NCBI GenBank assembly: GCA_963771175.1
Contig: CAVYSY010000010.1
Coordinates: 1-64,000, forward strand
Length of the DNA: 64,000 nucleotides
DNA from: an uncultured delta proteobacterium
GTDB lineage: Bacteria; Myxococcota; Myxococcia; Myxococcales; Myxococcaceae
Reading direction: 5' to 3'
Below the pieces are notes generated by a model. That model was not told the origin of the DNA, made no database searches, and was given only the letters and a program-made list of their open reading frames with translations. Position numbers and translations under genes: made by a program. Positions within the stretch are counted from its first letter, which is position 1, and every line of letters starts with the position of its first letter. Shown piece after piece: positions 44,209 to 64,000 of the stretch.

Positions 44209-44235
44209 GCGGCCCCGCTCGGGGAGGCCCGGCGC

Positions 44236-45204
44236 CTACTGCTCCAGCCGGGAACACCACTGCGCGTCGAAGACGGTGTCCAGGTAGGCCCCGCCCTTGT
44301 CCGCACACAAGAAGACGACCGTGGGGGGCGACATGGCGGACCTGATCCTGGGCAGGTATTCCTTCACCGCCGCGTAGCACGAGCCCGACGAGCCCCCCAC
44401 CAGCAGCCCGTGCTTGAACAGCAGCTCCCGGCAGGCCTTCACCGTCGCGATCTCCGGCACGTTCACCACGTCATCGATGATCGCTTGATCCACCAGCTCC
44501 GCCCGCACGCTCGCCCCGATACCGGGGATGTAACGCTTCTTGGCCGGCTTGCCGAAGATCACCGACCCCTCCGCGTCCACCGCGATCACCTTCGCCGAGG
44601 GGAACTGCTCCTTCACCCGCCTCGACACCCCGGCGATCGTCCCTCCCGTGCTCACGCCCACGAAGACGTAATCCACCTGCTTGAACGCCCGGCAGATCTC
44701 CTCCCCCGTGAACCGGTAGTGCGCCTCCGCCACCTGCGGATTGCCGTACTGGTTCGGCCAGAACACGTCCCCCAGGGTGTTGCGCAGCTCCTGCACCTTG
44801 TTCAGCCGCGTCTTCAGGAAGCCACCCGTGTCGTCCCGCTCCTCCACCTTCACCACCGTCTCGCACATCCGCCGCAGGTAGGCCTCGTTCGCCCCGGCGA
44901 TGTTCGGATCAATCACCGGAATGAACTTCAGCCCCAGCAACCGGCAGTAGCTCGCCATGGCGTTGGCGAAGTTCCCCGAGGAGGACTCGACCAACGTCGT
45001 CTTGTCCGTCACCACCCCCGCCTCCACCGCCGTCTTCAGCAACCAGAACGCCGGGCGATCCTTCAGGCTCCCGAACGGATTGCTGTGCTCCAGCTTCGCG
45101 AACAGCTGGATGCCCTCCTCGACCAGTTCCACCACCGGCGTTTCCCGCAGGCTTCGCTGAAGCTGGTTGATGCGCTCGGCAAGAGAAACGTTCTGATAGT
45201 GCAT
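44236..45204 (-). CDS. sbnA: SbnA-family PLP enzyme (2,3-diaminopropionate biosynthesis)
   Basis: AKLE..NPFGSLKDR, ESSSGN, VIDPNI, GGFLKTRL, WPNQYGNP, GVSTGGT, GGSSG, YLDTVF; SD GAGG before ATG 45204. Confidence 0.85.
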   Translation of the reverse strand: MHYQNVSLAERINQLQRSLRETPVVELVEEGIQLFAKLEHSNPFGSLKDRPAFWLLKTAVEAGVVTDKTTLVESSSGNFANAMASYCRLLGLKFIPVIDPNIAGANEAYLRRMCETVVKVEERDDTGGFLKTRLNKVQELRNTLGDVFWPNQYGNPQVAEAHYRFTGEEICRAFKQVDYVFVGVSTGGTIAGVSRRVKEQFPSAKVIAVDAEGSVIFGKPAKKRYIPGIGASVRAELVDQAIIDDVVNVPEIATVKACRELLFKHGLLVGGSSGSCYAAVKEYLPRIRSAMSPPTVVFLCADKGGAYLDTVFDAQWCSRLEQ

Positions 45205-45444
45205 GGTGGTGGACCTCGCCACTACAGCCTCACTACAATTTTAAAATCAGGACTCAGAGTAATTCCTCCTAATTCCCACAGTCAACAGTTTTTCGAATAA
45301 GCCTGGAATTCCCCTCTTCATGGGCGAGTCCCCGCCCGAGAGCAGTGAAAGGCCGGGGACTTCGGGAGGAGAAGAGCGCGAGGGCCCCCGGCGATTCACT
45401 CCCGCCACAATCTCGTCGTGTCAGTAGATTTCGTTTCACTCTCA

Positions 45445-45471
45445 TTACGGATATCTGTTCAATATCCGTAA
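45445..45471. promoter_or_regulatory. palindromic operator candidate TTACGGATAT-N7-ATATCCGTAA
   Basis: 10-bp perfect inverted repeat in the AT-rich divergent region, about 60 bp before the NRPS start. Confidence 0.55.
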
Positions 45472-45529
45472 ATCGAGGCAGCTCGGCCAAAGCACGCGCC
45501 AGGCGCCCTCCCCCCTCATCCGAAGAGCC

Positions 45530-64000
<18,471 letters not shown>

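Overview
High-GC myxobacterial (Cystobacterineae-like) chromosomal window. Left to right it contains: (1) an unannotated 38-aa RiPP-like precursor ending in Trp, followed by a 378-aa orphan enzyme; (2) assorted myxobacterial genes, including a PhnD-like binding domain fused to a histidine kinase, a large membrane protein and a desaturase; (3) a tightly packed five-gene cassette at 10.1-16.3 kb (GT2, GT2, kinase/GT/His-phosphatase fusion, two paralogous radical SAM enzymes); (4) a YqiJ-like/flotillin/giant AAA ATPase operon; (5) four tandem tRNA-fMet genes; (6) S1-domain protein, murJ, encapsulin encB-encA, a sigma54 response regulator, M23 peptidase, rsmI, yraN, a degenerate SMC-like protein, rpsP-khpA-rimM-trmD-rplS and rlmN; (7) the start of a lipopeptide-polyketide cluster (sbnA, FAAL-ACP plus four NRPS modules, then a PKS running off the right edge). 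Many genes at about 16-24, 29-36 and 50-64 kb carry small indels. Essential genes are hit too, so these are most likely sequencing or consensus errors. Best candidates for undescribed biology are the five-gene GT/kinase/radical-SAM cassette, the Trp-terminated precursor with its partner enzyme, and the NRPS with a His-less dehydration-type C domain. All family assignments come from motif reading, not database searches.
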